Assembly: GCA_028534125.1 (NCBI GenBank)
Contig: CM052816.1
Span: 49,230,001-49,294,000 of the forward strand
Direction of reading: 5' to 3'
DNA: 64,000 nucleotides
DNA from: Lama glama
Taxonomy: Eukaryota
The number at the start of each line of letters is the position of its first letter. The stretch's first letter is position 1. The position numbers and the translations under genes are program-made. Positions 51,004 through 63,767 of this stretch are shown in pieces. The notes below the pieces were generated by a model. The model had not been told where the DNA came from. It saw only the letters and a program-made list of their open reading frames with translations, and searched no databases.

Positions 51004-54000
51004 TGTATTATTACAATGCTGTATCATAAATATTTGCAAGCTGTATCTTCTGTTTCTTTTTTAAAACGCTCTCCTATCATTCAGAGACTTACTTTATTTT
51101 TCTCCTTCATTGACTTTGGTGAGCCATTGGCTATCAGGACAATGACAGGTTTTAATACTTGCCAAAATATACATGTACACGTGTCAATGTAGTAAGTGGG
51201 TTACCACCTATGGAAGAGTATAATTGCCAACCAGTGTTTTCAGCTGGCTTTTAGGTTGCACTAGAGGCCTGATCTGATTAAGGAAAGGAAAACCTAGAGG
51301 GGCTCATCATTTAAAAGGCCAGCTATTTAACAACTGCAGAGCTATTTAACAACTGGTAGCCCTAAATTTAAGGTATGGTAAAGGAAAAAGAAATAACAGA
51401 CCTATCAAGTCTATGCTTAATGTACTTTTTTTTAATTTTAAAGATATAGATTAACTTCATACTTCTTATTCCTTCTTTACCCTCCCTTCCTTAATATTAG
51501 ACTATCAGTGCCACTTGGCTTTCTTTGTCTGTCTTTGATGATTCCACATATTTACATTTAGTATAAATTTAGGAAGAATGTGTTACCAGATATTTCAATT
51601 TTAAAGCTTTTCAAAATTTCATAAAGGAGTTGCTATGGTCCATGATTCCAAAATTTATTTAAGCGGAAGAAAGGGATGTGCTTTAGGTAGTCACATGTCT
51701 TTACTGTGATCCCTGAATTCCTATCATAAAGGCAACCACTTTCCAATGGAAAGTCACTTCTCAGCAATCATCATAGGATTATTCTCCATATCAGGATTTA
51801 TTCCTCGAGCAGGAAAAAAATCATCACTAACCCAACAGCCACAAAGGCTCATTAATGTTTCATGAAGTTGGGTAGTAGAACACCGAAGAATATGGGGTGT
51901 TGGTTAAAACAAGGCTGTGCCAAAATGCCGAAAAATAACAGAATGGGAAAGAGGGAGCCATCTTTCCTCCTTAAGAGAGTTACAAGCCAACGAAAGGAAG
52001 CCCTGTGCAGTTAGCATCAAAAATACACCTCCCCAAATGATTTTATGCATTCCTTCCTCACCTGTGCCTCACATGGCAGGAACAATAGCCTAGCTTTTAA
52101 AATAAATGAAACGCAGAAAAAATGACAAGGGAATATTTGCCTCATCTGCTTCAGGAATGCTCCTTTCAAAAGTTCAGAAACCGATGTAATATGTAAATGG
52201 TTCCATTTTTAACCAGTGAATTCAGAGGATGTGTTGCTAAATTCACAGAATACATTTGTCTCTTTACTGACCAAGTCTGTAAAAGAGCTATTAATTACTA
52301 GAATGTTTAGATAACTTGATTACTTTCAATTAATTTTCTCCCCAGTTAGGAACTTCAGGAATTGCATTCAGCTCTGTAATATTTGGCAGTGATAAAGTGT
52401 TCAGTGCTTTATTGTCTGTAGAATACCAAGGATTATAATCATAATCTAAATATTTTAGTCTCTATGACACACTGAAAACTTCTGAGAAACTAAGTGAACC
52501 AGAAAGACTTTTTCTTTTATTGTATACTAAAAACTAAAGCACATCATTAACATTTTTAAATTGTGTACGTAAAGGAAATTTGACAAGTTAAAAAATAACT
52601 TAATCTCAATAAACAATCCCAAAATAAGCAGGTACTATATAAGGCACCCGATAAAATGCCCATGTCCTTGAGAGTACAAGATAAATAAAACAGTCCCTTT
52701 CTATTTTAAGGAAGAAATTTATGGCAATTATATTGATGAGTTTATAATGTTGCCTAGGGTGCCATTCTGCAGCCCATAGAAAACATTTCTTCTTAAGTAT
52801 TTATATTATTTATCCATTTTCTGACATTTAAAAAAGGTTTGCAATCAGGAAATTATGTGAGAACAGATCGTTTTAGAATTGTTCCACAGGAAAAAAAAAT
52901 TTCCCCAAGTATTAAAGTCTAATTAAATTATAAATTAATAAAACTGAATTACTGAAGACAATTAAATTTGACATGTATTTTATTCTACTACAATTAGTTG
53001 CCAGTTTTCATTACATTTGAATGCAGCTCACTGTAGCAATTTCATTAAAATTAAATTTTAGATGAGAAAAATATGCATTCTCAGCCTTTTAAGTTTTATT
53101 ATTTACTTCTTAAAGGAAACCTTTCATGTACATCTAGGCCAAAACTTTGCTAAAATGAGGGTTTTTTTGTTTGTTTGTTTTTTAGCTTGGATTTAAAGAA
53201 CTTACTGAACAGTTTTAAAGACAAATCCCATTAGACGTTCAAACTATTCACCGTGACTTTTCTTGTCATAACATTATTTTTGTGATTCTAGATTATTAAA
53301 ACGTAGAATCCCTATGTATTTTTGAAACAGTGCCACTACGGCTGTAAATACTGGTCAGAGGCAGAACATACTGAATGTAAGAGAATCCAATTTCATATTT
53401 TTGTCCCAGAAGGTTGTTGCGAGACCATATTTAGATTAAGGCAATTTCTTTTTCTACTCTGATGCGCACAACCTTTTAAAATGCTTGCAATAGAGATATA
53501 GGCTTCAATATGAATTGCAAATGACCTTTTAAAGCTTTAAACTATTGCTTATATGTCTTAAGCCATTGCAGTTTCACAATAGGGAAACTTTGCTTTCCAA
53601 TATTCTTTACATTTATATTTGTGTGTTACTTTGCATATCTAATATTCACATATGTAAATATGCACATGTTCATTACCTTTTAAGAAAATAAACGTGATAT
53701 TCTTGGGAACAGGCTACAAAGTATTCAGAGTGACTTGGGTACCCAACAGAATCCTCTGAGTCTGGAAATAACCCCTATGAGTTCTGAGACGATCATGGTC
53801 AGATACCAGTAGCAGCAAAGAAACAGAGCGTAGTTAACCTCTGCCTAGTTAGAATTAACAGACAAGATCATATGCTTCAATTAGGATTCAAAAAATAATG
53901 TGTTTTATCATGGACAGAACAGAGAAATAGAAAATTTGAAAGCTAAAAGGAATACTTTTCCCTCCTTCCAATAACCAAAATTGAAAAGCATTTCTAAAAG

Positions 54001-54464
54001 TCACATAGAAATATTTATAGATACATTAAATACATGTGAATGGTCTCTAATAGTATTTTAACATCAAAGCATCAAGAGCTAGACTACAGCATATTTCTGC
54101 CCATTTTAAATATTAATATTTAGGTTAAATAAAGCAATCATGCATTAATTGAAAATATTTTTAAAACACTGTAATTTCTATATATTGATTTAGAAACATT
54201 ATATCCAGCATGTGTGGTACGAAATCCAAAAAAAGGAAAAGCACAAAACTTGTTACATATCTTATGATAACTCATTTTATTTCAGTTATATTTGCCAGTT
54301 ATGGAAGTTTTTATTTTAAAATAATAGTGATCTGACCGTTTTACTAGGTGGTAGTAAAGAAGCTGGCAGAATACAAAAATTGGAGGGGCTGGAATGAGGA
54401 AAACTATTTTTTATAACAATAGAAAACATTATGCCCACCACTGATACAAACATTTGAAATATAT

Positions 54465-54625
54465 TTTCTCATGTATTAAAACAACCTTCTAAGACACGTA
54501 CTATTATTATTTCCCTTTTCCACGTGAGGAACCTGATACAAGTCTTTGTGGTTAATACAGTGCAGCCTGAGCATTTGAAAGCACGTAGCCTAGTGCCAGA
54601 GCCCATACTCTTAGCCTCTACACCA
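54465..54625 (-). mobile_element. MIR SINE
   Basis: 'gtactattattatttcccttttccacgtgaggaacctga...atttgaaagcacgtagcctagtgccagagcccatactcttagcc'. Confidence 0.75.
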
Positions 54626-54699
54626 CATCCATCCTTGAAAAGGTCACGTAGAGGGAGAAAAAAGAGGAGGCTTATGGGTGAGATTGTAGAAGCCAGAGG

Positions 54700-56050
54700 A
54701 ATGTCAGCTTCTCTTTGGAGAAAAGATAAGTAATGATTAAGTGATGATAACACAGATCATGAGACACTGGGAGGAGGGGGAGTTTCTGATGGTTGGGACT
54801 GGTGAAAGCATTACCTCCATTATCTATAAGAAAATTATTCTCTGAAAAAAGAATAAGAAAGATGGAGAATCCACGGTCCCTGATTCCACACTTGAGTATT
54901 CTCAGGAAAGATTTGAAAGAGACAGTATAAAGACTACTGTCTGGAGAAAACAAGAAATAAACAAAAATATAGCTGAGAGGTAGTGAGGACTTAGTTGGGA
55001 CTGGTTAGCAAGACATAATAGTAAAGGTGCAGTAAGAAGATACGTGTGACTTCCCAGCACTGAAGTGCTGGGAGTGACCAAACATTTAAGAAGCAGACAT
55101 TCGATAGATTAGAAATGTTCTAAAAATTTTGAGAACCAATGATCTTAATAGTTAAAAATAAATTTTAGTCATATGTAATAATGAGGAGTATAAAATTAGA
55201 TACTGGAATCTGAATCTTTTTGAAAGAATGATGGGGAGTTTTAGTCAAGGAATTTGAACATCCAAGTGCACAGTTTGCCATCAAGGTGAATGATACACAA
55301 AAGAAATACTGAGACAATCCGGAAGACGAGAAAAGGGAACCCAAGCACTGCAGTGAGGTAGGTGGAGGGGCACTTCGGAAGTTAAGAGAACTGGTGATCA
55401 GCAGATTAGAAAACTGATGTTGGTGCTCTAAAGTGTAGAGTCTCACTCCATGGTAGAACCTAGGGCCTCAAAAACAGTGAATTCTTTGAGTAAGAAAACA
55501 GCAGTGAGTTAATTGGTAAACAGGGACATGGCTCATTGGCCTTGGGATTTGGAAACTCAGGCCATAGGAGAAGATAAAGCCTTCCGGGCACAGTCCTATA
55601 GGGAAGTGCTATTTTGGAAGAGATGATTTCAGACAAGGAAATGTGATGAAATAGGTGATGGGAAAAATATTTCTGGAAAAGGCATGTCTTTCTCCAAGGA
55701 TACAAGATGAAGTGGAGAGAATTTGTTCGTTTATAGAAAGAAGCTCCCTACTTTGCAGTAGAGCAAAGGGGTAGAGAGACTGATCACAGAAGAAATGACA
55801 GTTTAGGGAGAAGAGCAAAGGACTAGAATTGTGCCAAAGGGCCAGGGTAGCCAGCAGTGAACCAGTACTGGTAGAAGTTGAGAGTTGGCTGAAGGATAGA
55901 TGGTAGAAAAATGGTCCAGCCAAAATGCATTCATGATAAAAAATCAGAGTGAGTGGTTCCCATTTAACTGAAATATCCAGGTGCTGAAATGTTGGAGAGG
56001 CAGAGAGAGTAATGGGTAGCACTTGGTAAGGCTAAGTTCCGATGGCCCTG
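54700..56050 (-). mobile_element. Decayed L2-like LINE, purine-rich on the + strand
   Basis: Extended purine-rich block with L2-like motifs, e.g. 'ggctcattggccttgggatttggaaactcaggccatagg'. Confidence 0.45.
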
Positions 56051-57809
56051 GGACACAGAGGATTACCTCAAGCTAAGAGGAGGATTCCCTGTGACTATCG
56101 TGATAACACAGTGAGCTGCAGCACTGGACCCTCCTGTAATGCCAAGGCACGAAGAAAGGCACTGGCCAATAGGAACTTTAGAGTTCTTCAAAGTCGTCTT
56201 TCACATTCATTAGTGTCATAAGTATTTTAGATCTAGATGATCTTCTGATGTTCATGCTTTACAAACTTCCTTTGTCTCCAAAATGGGCAGTCACTATTTC
56301 CTGTTATATGTGACATCAGTAAATCTGACCCCACGGTAAAACGTTTTCTACACAAATCCTTTTTCACTTTTCGCCTCACACAGTATGTGATCCTGTACGA
56401 AAGTGGTTTCATACAACTACAAAACAAAATTTATCTTGAGTAATATCTTTTCCACATTTACTTGCCTCTGTAAAACATCAAAGGAGGAATTTTTCATCAT
56501 TGGTTCAGTTTTTCCATGTGGGTTGTTTCTGTGTTTGCCCCTACGGCTCTTTAAAGGTTTTTGTTTTTTTTTTTTCCCCCTCTGCCTCTGCTGATCTTTT
56601 GAAATTCTGTGATTTCTGTCACCTAACCCATGTCTACATGACAACAAACGAATGTTTCAGCAGGAATAATTGGTTCCTAGAGGAATGTAGCATCTGATGT
56701 CCAAACAAAATCATTAAAGCAGTTTTTGCATTTGGAAAATTTGAAGGGATTATTTCTGAACCAAATATTTATATACATTTCAATAGTCAAAAACATTATA
56801 TGATCTTACTGTAAAAAAAAAAAAATTCCACACAATACTGTGGGCTTCTAGGACTGCCCACACCTAACTCTCCTAGAAAGATAATCTCTAGAACTTTCCT
56901 GGAGACACCTACCCTTCTTTCTCCCACTTTACATCTTTCTTTATAATCCTCAGCACTAAACTCTGCCTCACCACCTGAATTAACATTTTAAACTTAGTAA
57001 GAACAAATAGCGTCAATTCTCCATTATTTTGACAGGCTTGAAATTGCTCTGGTGATTCATTAATCAACTTATCAAATATGGAGTGGGATAGTGAATATAC
57101 TAATTGAAAGTCAAGAAATAGAGCTTAATTGTTTAATGCCAAAAGCTCAGGGACAGATTTCAGGTAATTGCTAGGAAGCCTATTCACATAAGTTTTAAAA
57201 TATAAGCACTTGATCTAGGTTAAACTAAAGATACATTCTAATTATTTGGAAAGGGCTTCTCGGGCACACACTTCAATCTGGATTAAATAAGTAACTTAAA
57301 TAAAACAAGGTGCCTGATTGTGAGTAAAATTTTAATTAAAGTCTAGTACAAAAGTGAAAATAAATTACATGTATTCAAAAAAGAAAATAAATTGCCCTGT
57401 TGAAGACAAATTACAGTCTCAAAAGAAAGCAGGGCCTATTTCTATTTTGAGGACATAATTTGTTTTTAATATATGTGTTAGAGCAACTATTTGTTACATT
57501 GGTTCTGCATATGAAAGTGATAATGTCTCTGAGCTTTAAAATTGAACAGAAGAATTTAAACATTCTTGTCTTAATTTAGAGAGACCCTGATTTCTATTGA
57601 AACACGTAAAAATGGCCTGAAGGATTTTACATTGATTTTTTTTCCTTCAATCATAAGTCTAGGAAATGAAAGACCTGGAGAACTTTGAGGGTTAAGGAAA
57701 TAGTTCTGAAAAACAAAATCTTAAATGGCTTCAATACCCACTTCTGCTGAGAATAACTTCCATTAAGTTCTCACATATTTCTGACAATCGAGTTACACAT
57801 TTTACCCTG

Positions 57810-57995
57810 CCTTTTATGTCTTTCCACCAGGATGTCTTGCCAGCACACCGATTTTAACAGTTCCAAAAATGAACATTTAACACAGATCCTCACCTAAACC
57901 TGGCCCTCTGCTCTCTCCCCCCTTTTTTTCTTACTACCATGATTCTAATTGTACCACCACTCAGTAATTGAGACTGAGAACATTGGCATCATTTG
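57810..57995 (+). mobile_element. L2 fragment (5' part, interrupted by L1)
   Basis: 'ccaggatgtcttgccagcacacc...aacagttccaaaaatgaac...ccactcagtaattgagactgagaacattggcatcatt'. Confidence 0.6.
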
Positions 57996-58002
57996 TGTGT
58001 AT

Positions 58003-58705
58003 GTATGTTTGTTTTATTTTTAATAAGATTTATATCTGAAACAGTTTAAGGTTCATAGAAATATTGAGAAAGTACAGAGATGTCCCATATACCTTCTGCC
58101 CCGACACAGGCATAGCCACACCCATTATCAACATCCTCCACCAGAGAGGTATGTTTGTTGCAATTGATGAACCGACATTGACACATCATTATCACCCAGT
58201 GATACATAATATGGATTTGGACAAATTTATAATGCCATGTATCCACCATTATAGCATCATACAGAGCAATTTTACTGCCCTAAAAGTCCTCTGTCCTATG
58301 TTCTGTCTGTTTGTCCCTGCCTGCCCACTACCCCTGGCAACTGCTGATTTTTTTTTTTTAACTGTCTTTTTGGCTTTTCCTTTTCATGAATGTTACACAG
58401 TTGGAATCTTTCAATAAGTATACTGCTCTTTCATATCGTCTTCTTTCACTTAGTAATATGTGTTTAAGTTTTCTCCCTGTCTTTTTATGGCTTACTAGTT
58501 CATTTCTTTTTAGTGCTGAACAGTACTCCATAGTCTAGAGGTGCCACAGTTTATCCTGTCACTCACTGAAGTACATCTTGGTTGCTCTCAACTTTTGGCA
58601 GTTAGGAATAAAGCTGATATAAACCAATGTGTGCAGGTTTTTTATGTGGATATAAGTTTTACCACCTTTGGTTAAATCCCAAGAAGCCCAATTGTTGGAT
58701 CATAA
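58003..58705 (-). mobile_element. L1MC-type LINE-1 3' end
   Basis: 'gaaagtacagagatgtcccatatacc...cccattatcaacatcctccaccagagaggtatgtttgttgcaattgatgaaccgacattgacacatcattatcaccc' and 'catcttggttgctctcaacttttggcagtt'. Confidence 0.9.
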
Positions 58706-59129
58706 GCATCGTTTTCATAATTTAGTTGTTGAATGTTGAGTGAAAAAGATGTAGATGATTCTATTTGTGTTATCAAATGTACATTAGAGATACCAAGTAT
58801 TACAGATAGATACAGATAAAATGAATTATGTACATCAAACTCATGAAAGTTACAACCAGGAAGCTAGTGAATAATGCAAACTTTAGTTTTATTTTATGTT
58901 TATTTTAGGAAGATTAAAAGTCAAATTTTTAAAGACTAGTTTTAATATATTTTATATCTTCCTGATTTTTTAATATAATTTCCTCAAAGCTAAAAAGATA
59001 TATACATGTAAGACAACAGAGTCAAAGAATAAAAAACAGTAAAGGGAACAGAAGAATGGGAAGAGATAATTAATCTAGGACAGAGTTAGTATGCAAAGTA
59101 TACAACAAAAGGACTGTACAGTATAAACC

Positions 59130-59810
59130 ACACAGTTGCCAAGTTCCTCCTCTGTAATTTGTTTGACCTTTACCTATTCTCAACATTTCCACTTCCCTAT
59201 CCTGTTTTCTAAACTTATTATCTATTATTTTGACAGTGGCACCAAGGTGTCCAGTGGCTCACTCTAATTATAAACTCTCTTCAGTCCAGTGCCAGTTTTA
59301 CATAATGCTTGATTATACTGCTTTATGTCTTCTATTAACTCTGCTTGCAAAAAGAATGAACGTCTTCATTTTAACTAAATATTCAAGGTCTGTGGTGATC
59401 TGGTACATGCCTTCCTTAATTCTTTCTGTCTATCCCACCTCTCTGTCAGAAACACTGTACATTTCTACCAAGATCTGTCCTCTTTTCTGTTTTCTCTTTT
59501 GTTAGTTATCTACTGTTCTCAATCATGAATGCCTTGTCCTACGTCATTATATCATGAGAATCTATCCACCTTTTACATTTTAAGGTTTAAATTTCTACTC
59601 AGTTGCCATCTCATTGGTAGAATCTTTCTCAATTTCAAGTGATAGAAGGGAGGGAGAAGAAAACTTCCCTCCTGCTTTTGTATAAAAATTAGTCCATAAG
59701 TTTAGTTCTTATCAGTGTCTACTTAATATAATTAACATACATAACTTACCTTTTGTTTCCAGCATGTGAGTCATTGGAGGATGGTTTGTATATAAATGGT
59801 CAATCCTTCC
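59130..59810 (+). mobile_element. L2 fragment
   Basis: 'attcaaggtctgtggtgatctgg', 'ccaccttttacattttaaggtttaaatttc' and a pyrimidine-rich body. Confidence 0.55.
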
Positions 59811-59818
59811 TAATGATA

Positions 59819-59957
59819 GGTGTGGAACCCAGGGATACTGAGGTCCAACTGTACTACACCTGTGCATAAAAGGGACTTGGGCATCCACAGATTCTTTCCA
59901 TGGAGAGGGTGGGGGTCCTGGAACCAATCCCCCATTGATACTGAGGTACAGTTGGAC
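59819..59957. mobile_element. MER2/Tigger-derived (TcMar) short element
   Basis: 'gtggaacccagggatactgaggtccaactgta' (MER2 right end) followed by 'aagggacttgggcatccacagatt...gggggtcctggaaccaatcccccattgatactgagg' (MER2 left end, reverse complement). Confidence 0.8.
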
Positions 59958-60719
59958 TTACATATCACTCAAAATGCATAGTACAGTATTACTTACTAAG
60001 TAATCAAAATATATTCATTACCCACAGCTTGTAGGAAATATTGCAGGATTCCATCAAATGGCATACTTCTCATAATGCCCTTTCCCATGACAGTTATAGC
60101 AACATACTGAGTTCTGGTTACCAATAAGGTCCATTCACAGCCTTTCACGTAATGGAACTTGTGTACTCTTTTCTGCTCATCAGTGTCAGTAAAGCCCTTT
60201 CTTGATAAACACTAGAGACATAGCAATGAGAGGGAAACTGAAGACAAAGTGGGAAGCTGAAGGAGGAAAGTGGGAAACCGTCAACTCTTTTCTCTAAGAA
60301 GCTCTTTGACCACCGTGCACGTTTGCCCAGTGTCCCTAAGACAGTGAGTTGCGGTATGATGCGACTTTCGCCAAATCAAAACACTCTACCTGGTCACATG
60401 TGGTTTTAGACAGGAGACATGTTGTTTCCCCAGTAATTATGCTAGTCCTTTAATCTTCTCCAGAATCATTTGCAATTGCAAAAAAATTCAAAACAGCCTT
60501 TGGAAATTAGGCTTTCAGTCTGTGAACAGAAAACAGAGTACGACAGACTGTCAGTCGCTTATTATCCTTTCCAAATATATTTATAAATTTATTTAAAGAA
60601 ACTAACTTCATTTAACTAAGGTTCATGATCTGGGAAGTAAAGTGACACTTAACCTAAACTCAGTTTTCTTCCAAAATAGTGTTAGTAATGCATCCACTTG
60701 ACACAAACATTTTTGACTT

Positions 60720-60895
60720 TTGTAAGGCACTACTTTGTGTGCAACTGTGCTTTATCTCACAACCCCGTGAATTAGATAGGGTAGTAATGACATTGACAGA
60801 TGAGAAAGATCACAGAGAGAGAGTTTACCTGACTTACCTCTGTTCATTAGTTGTAGCAGGGTTAGGAGAAAATAATGTCTCCTAGCTAAACAACA
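60720..60895 (-). mobile_element. MIR SINE
   Basis: 'atctcacaaccccgtgaattagataggg...cattgacagatgagaaagatcacagagagag'. Confidence 0.7.
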
Positions 60896-61138
60896 GTACT
60901 AGCATCTGCTCAGTCTTTTGCTCTGTTTCTTTTTCCTTGTCACTCGAATATAAACTCAAGAGCAGAGATCATTTTTATCTTTCCCAAAGCACTAAGCACA
61001 TAGGATAATTCATTAGTGTATTATATTAAGGATAATGAATATATTAAGCATATATATTTTTCCCACAGTGTCTTCATTTGACTAGGGAAGGTAAGTGCTG
61101 CTTTGGCAACTAACACAGAAATCCAGTATCCATCCTCC

Positions 61139-61146
61139 TGACGTCA
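61139..61146. promoter_or_regulatory. Perfect palindromic CRE (TGACGTCA)
   Basis: Exact match with the CpG retained in a CpG-depleted background. Motif evidence only. Confidence 0.4.
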
Positions 61147-61469
61147 TGTCAAAAATATCACAGAAAGGATTTTATTAAAAGGTCTAACATAATTTTGTTT
61201 TTTTCCCAAATAAAAATATGTAAAGTTATATCTATAACTTGAAAATAGGTAACTAAAACATGTGAATTATATAATTCTGTACAATGTAAAATAAAAATCA
61301 CCTCTACACCAAAATATATTTTTCATCCACATAAGATAGTCATTTTCTCTTTCTGTCTACATATATATTTCTACATTAAATTTTAATCACAATCTGCGTA
61401 TCACTTTGCAACCTACCTTTTTACTTGTTCACTTAATAATTTATAATTATTCTTACATTGCTGTTAATT

Positions 61470-62050
61470 AAAACAACACTATACCAATACACACTTATTA
61501 GAATGGATGAAATCCAGAATACTGACAATGTAGAAAAGTTGAACAGCAGTAAATCTCATTTTAAAAAAATCTTCAGAAGTGTGTTTTTCAAAAAGTAAGA
61601 AAATGATATAAAGGGAAGTTCTGACATACAAGAAAAATTTGGCAAGTAAAGAAAGTAGTAAACACTTGAGTAAGTCTAACAGTATATTGACTGTGAAATA
61701 CAGAAAGTAATAATATGCTAAAAAGGAGAAAAAAAGAACTATGATACTTGATTAAAAGGCCATGTAATTCAGGAATAGGAACATGATCAGAGACAGCTTT
61801 TTATAGTCGTTGAGTCTTATTTTTAAAGTTAGATACACTAATATATTTATCCTGTATTAAATCATATATGGAATTAAAATACCAAAGATAACCTTTAAAA
61901 GAGTAAAAACAGAATGTGTGCCTTCCAAATGAGTGTGGGAGCAGTACTATAAAAAAAGAAAAAAGCTTTCGTCAATCATACCTTAATAAAGCAGTTTTTT
62001 TTTTTTTAAGAAAACATTTTCAAAAAGGCCAGAGAAAGCTTGACAATGTG
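61470..62050 (+). mobile_element. Old LINE-1 fragments
   Basis: 'ataccaatacacacttattagaatggatgaaatccagaatactgacaat' and an A-rich L1 ORF1-end/inter-ORF-like stretch. Confidence 0.55.
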
Positions 62051-62149
62051 ATAAAAATCACACTTTGGGTTCTATCTATAATAGAATAGCTAATACCAAA
62101 CTAACCTTCCCATAGAAGGCAGTACAAGGTGATTATTAGATGAAAGGTG

Positions 62150-62335
62150 ATGATAGATATAGATTCTTACATATATAAAATGTATGTGGGGGTGTATTTG
62201 TCTATACTACATGTTTAAATACATATATTTATATATAATACACATATTTTTATGTATAATGTATTTATATAAGTGTTATATATCACACATACATGCACAC
62301 ATACAGACATATATGTACATATACAAATAATATAG
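62150..62335. repeat. Degenerate (TA)/(CA) low-complexity tract
   Basis: Directly visible. Confidence 0.85.
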
Positions 62336-62915
62336 AGAGGTTTAAAAATTATTAGAAACAACTGTGACAACCAGACCTAAGAGGGAAGAACAGGGAGAGA
62401 GACACATCGATGTGAGCCTTGAACTCCGTGAGATTTTCCCCTCAGACTATTTGCCTATTTGAACTGAGAACATAAAAGCTAAAATGAAGGGATCATAGTG
62501 GTTATCACTAGTCAGAGGGAACAAAAAAGTTAGACTTCAAAGTTATCAAGCATTTAATACTTGAGTAATCAAAAACTCTGAGAATTGATGTGCAAGTTTT
62601 TTCAAGATACTTGTCAACTTCTGTAGCAAATAATAACTCTTTAAAAAGTAGTAAATGTGAAAAATAAATCTCCCAATAGCTAATGATCATAATAGAAATC
62701 ATGAAAAAATTAGAAAACTCTCAAAATTACATGGTAATGAAAGCGTCATACATAAAAGCTCAAGAGATGCAGCAAAAACGGTCCTTTAGAAGGAAATGCT
62801 AATGTAGGTGCTTTGTTAGGGGAAAAAAGTGAGTTGGAAGAAAAATTACTGAAATAGAAAATGAGGATAAAATCTAATTAACAAACCAGGAAACTAGTTC
62901 TTTACAAAAACGAAT

Positions 62916-63353
62916 TGTAGGGTAAAAGAGAATGCACCTAGCACACCTCCATCTATAAGCATGTGATGTATCCACAGTAACAGCTGCTGCGCCATGAAAT
63001 CATTGTCTTGTTTACATCAGGACCATGGCTTCTCCCAGTCAAATCTGGGATCGTAATGCAAGCCTGATCTTCGGAGACTTGGGGCTCTTCTTGTGGTAGA
63101 TCTTCAGCTCAAGGACTCCCGGACAAAGGCCTTGCTGTGTCTTTTTTAGACTGAATGGATGTCTAAGGCACTTTACCCAACTTTTCCTCCCACTCTCCTT
63201 TCCTTGACTTGCCTGGTAGTCTAGCAGTCCTCTGAGATACTCACCATCTCCCTCCTCTCCTCTTTTCTCATACATAGGCATTTCCCTTAATAAAATTCCT
63301 GCACATTTAATTCCATCTTGATAACTGCTTCTAGTAGAACTGAGGCTAACACA
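62916..63353 (+). mobile_element. ERVL-class solo LTR nested in L1
   Basis: TG...CA ends. The 3' part 'cccttaataaaattcctgcacatttaattccatcttgataactgcttctagtagaactgaggctaacaca' carries AATAAA and is typical of ERVL-class LTR termini. Confidence 0.75.
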
Positions 63354-63767
63354 TAAAAACAAAACAGCTGTTCAGAAACAGAGAGAATGAAGGCACAAAT
63401 AAATATTAGCAGAAAGGACATAATTGTTGATACAACAAATTTTTAAAAGATAACAGACGTGTGGACAAATTTGTACAAATTAAATTCTAGACAGAAAGTT
63501 CCAGGGAAATTTACTAAAATTGGCTCAAGGAAGGTGGAGGGAAAGCCTGATGAGCTGTAAGCAGTCAAAATGTCAAACAGTTTTAAAAATCTTTGCCAAA
63601 ATGAAAGACAAATCCAAATAATTTTACTGAAAGTCCTGACAAATATTCAAGAACAAGATAATTCCTGTGTCATAAGAAACAGCATAAAGATTGGGAAGTG
63701 GTGGACCGAGGGGCAGAAAAATACACCAGGCACATTAAATGAGATAATATTATCTTGATGATAATTG

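Larger units (their letters stand above)
62060..63765 (+). mobile_element. Old LINE-1 (5' end and ORF2 N-terminal remnants), interrupted by a TA tract and an LTR
   Basis: 'gagatgcagcaaaaacggtcctttagaaggaaat', 'ccaggaaactagttcttt', 'aaggcacaaataaatattag' and 'ttactaaaattggctcaagg' are decayed L1 ORF2 motifs. Confidence 0.65.

Noticed and set aside
55052..55073. 9-bp stem hairpin TCCCAGCAC-TGAA-GTGCTGGGA as a terminator or structured RNA
   Set aside because: It has no U-tract, intrinsic terminators are not relevant in mammalian DNA, it lies in L2-like sequence, and such stems are expected occasionally by chance.
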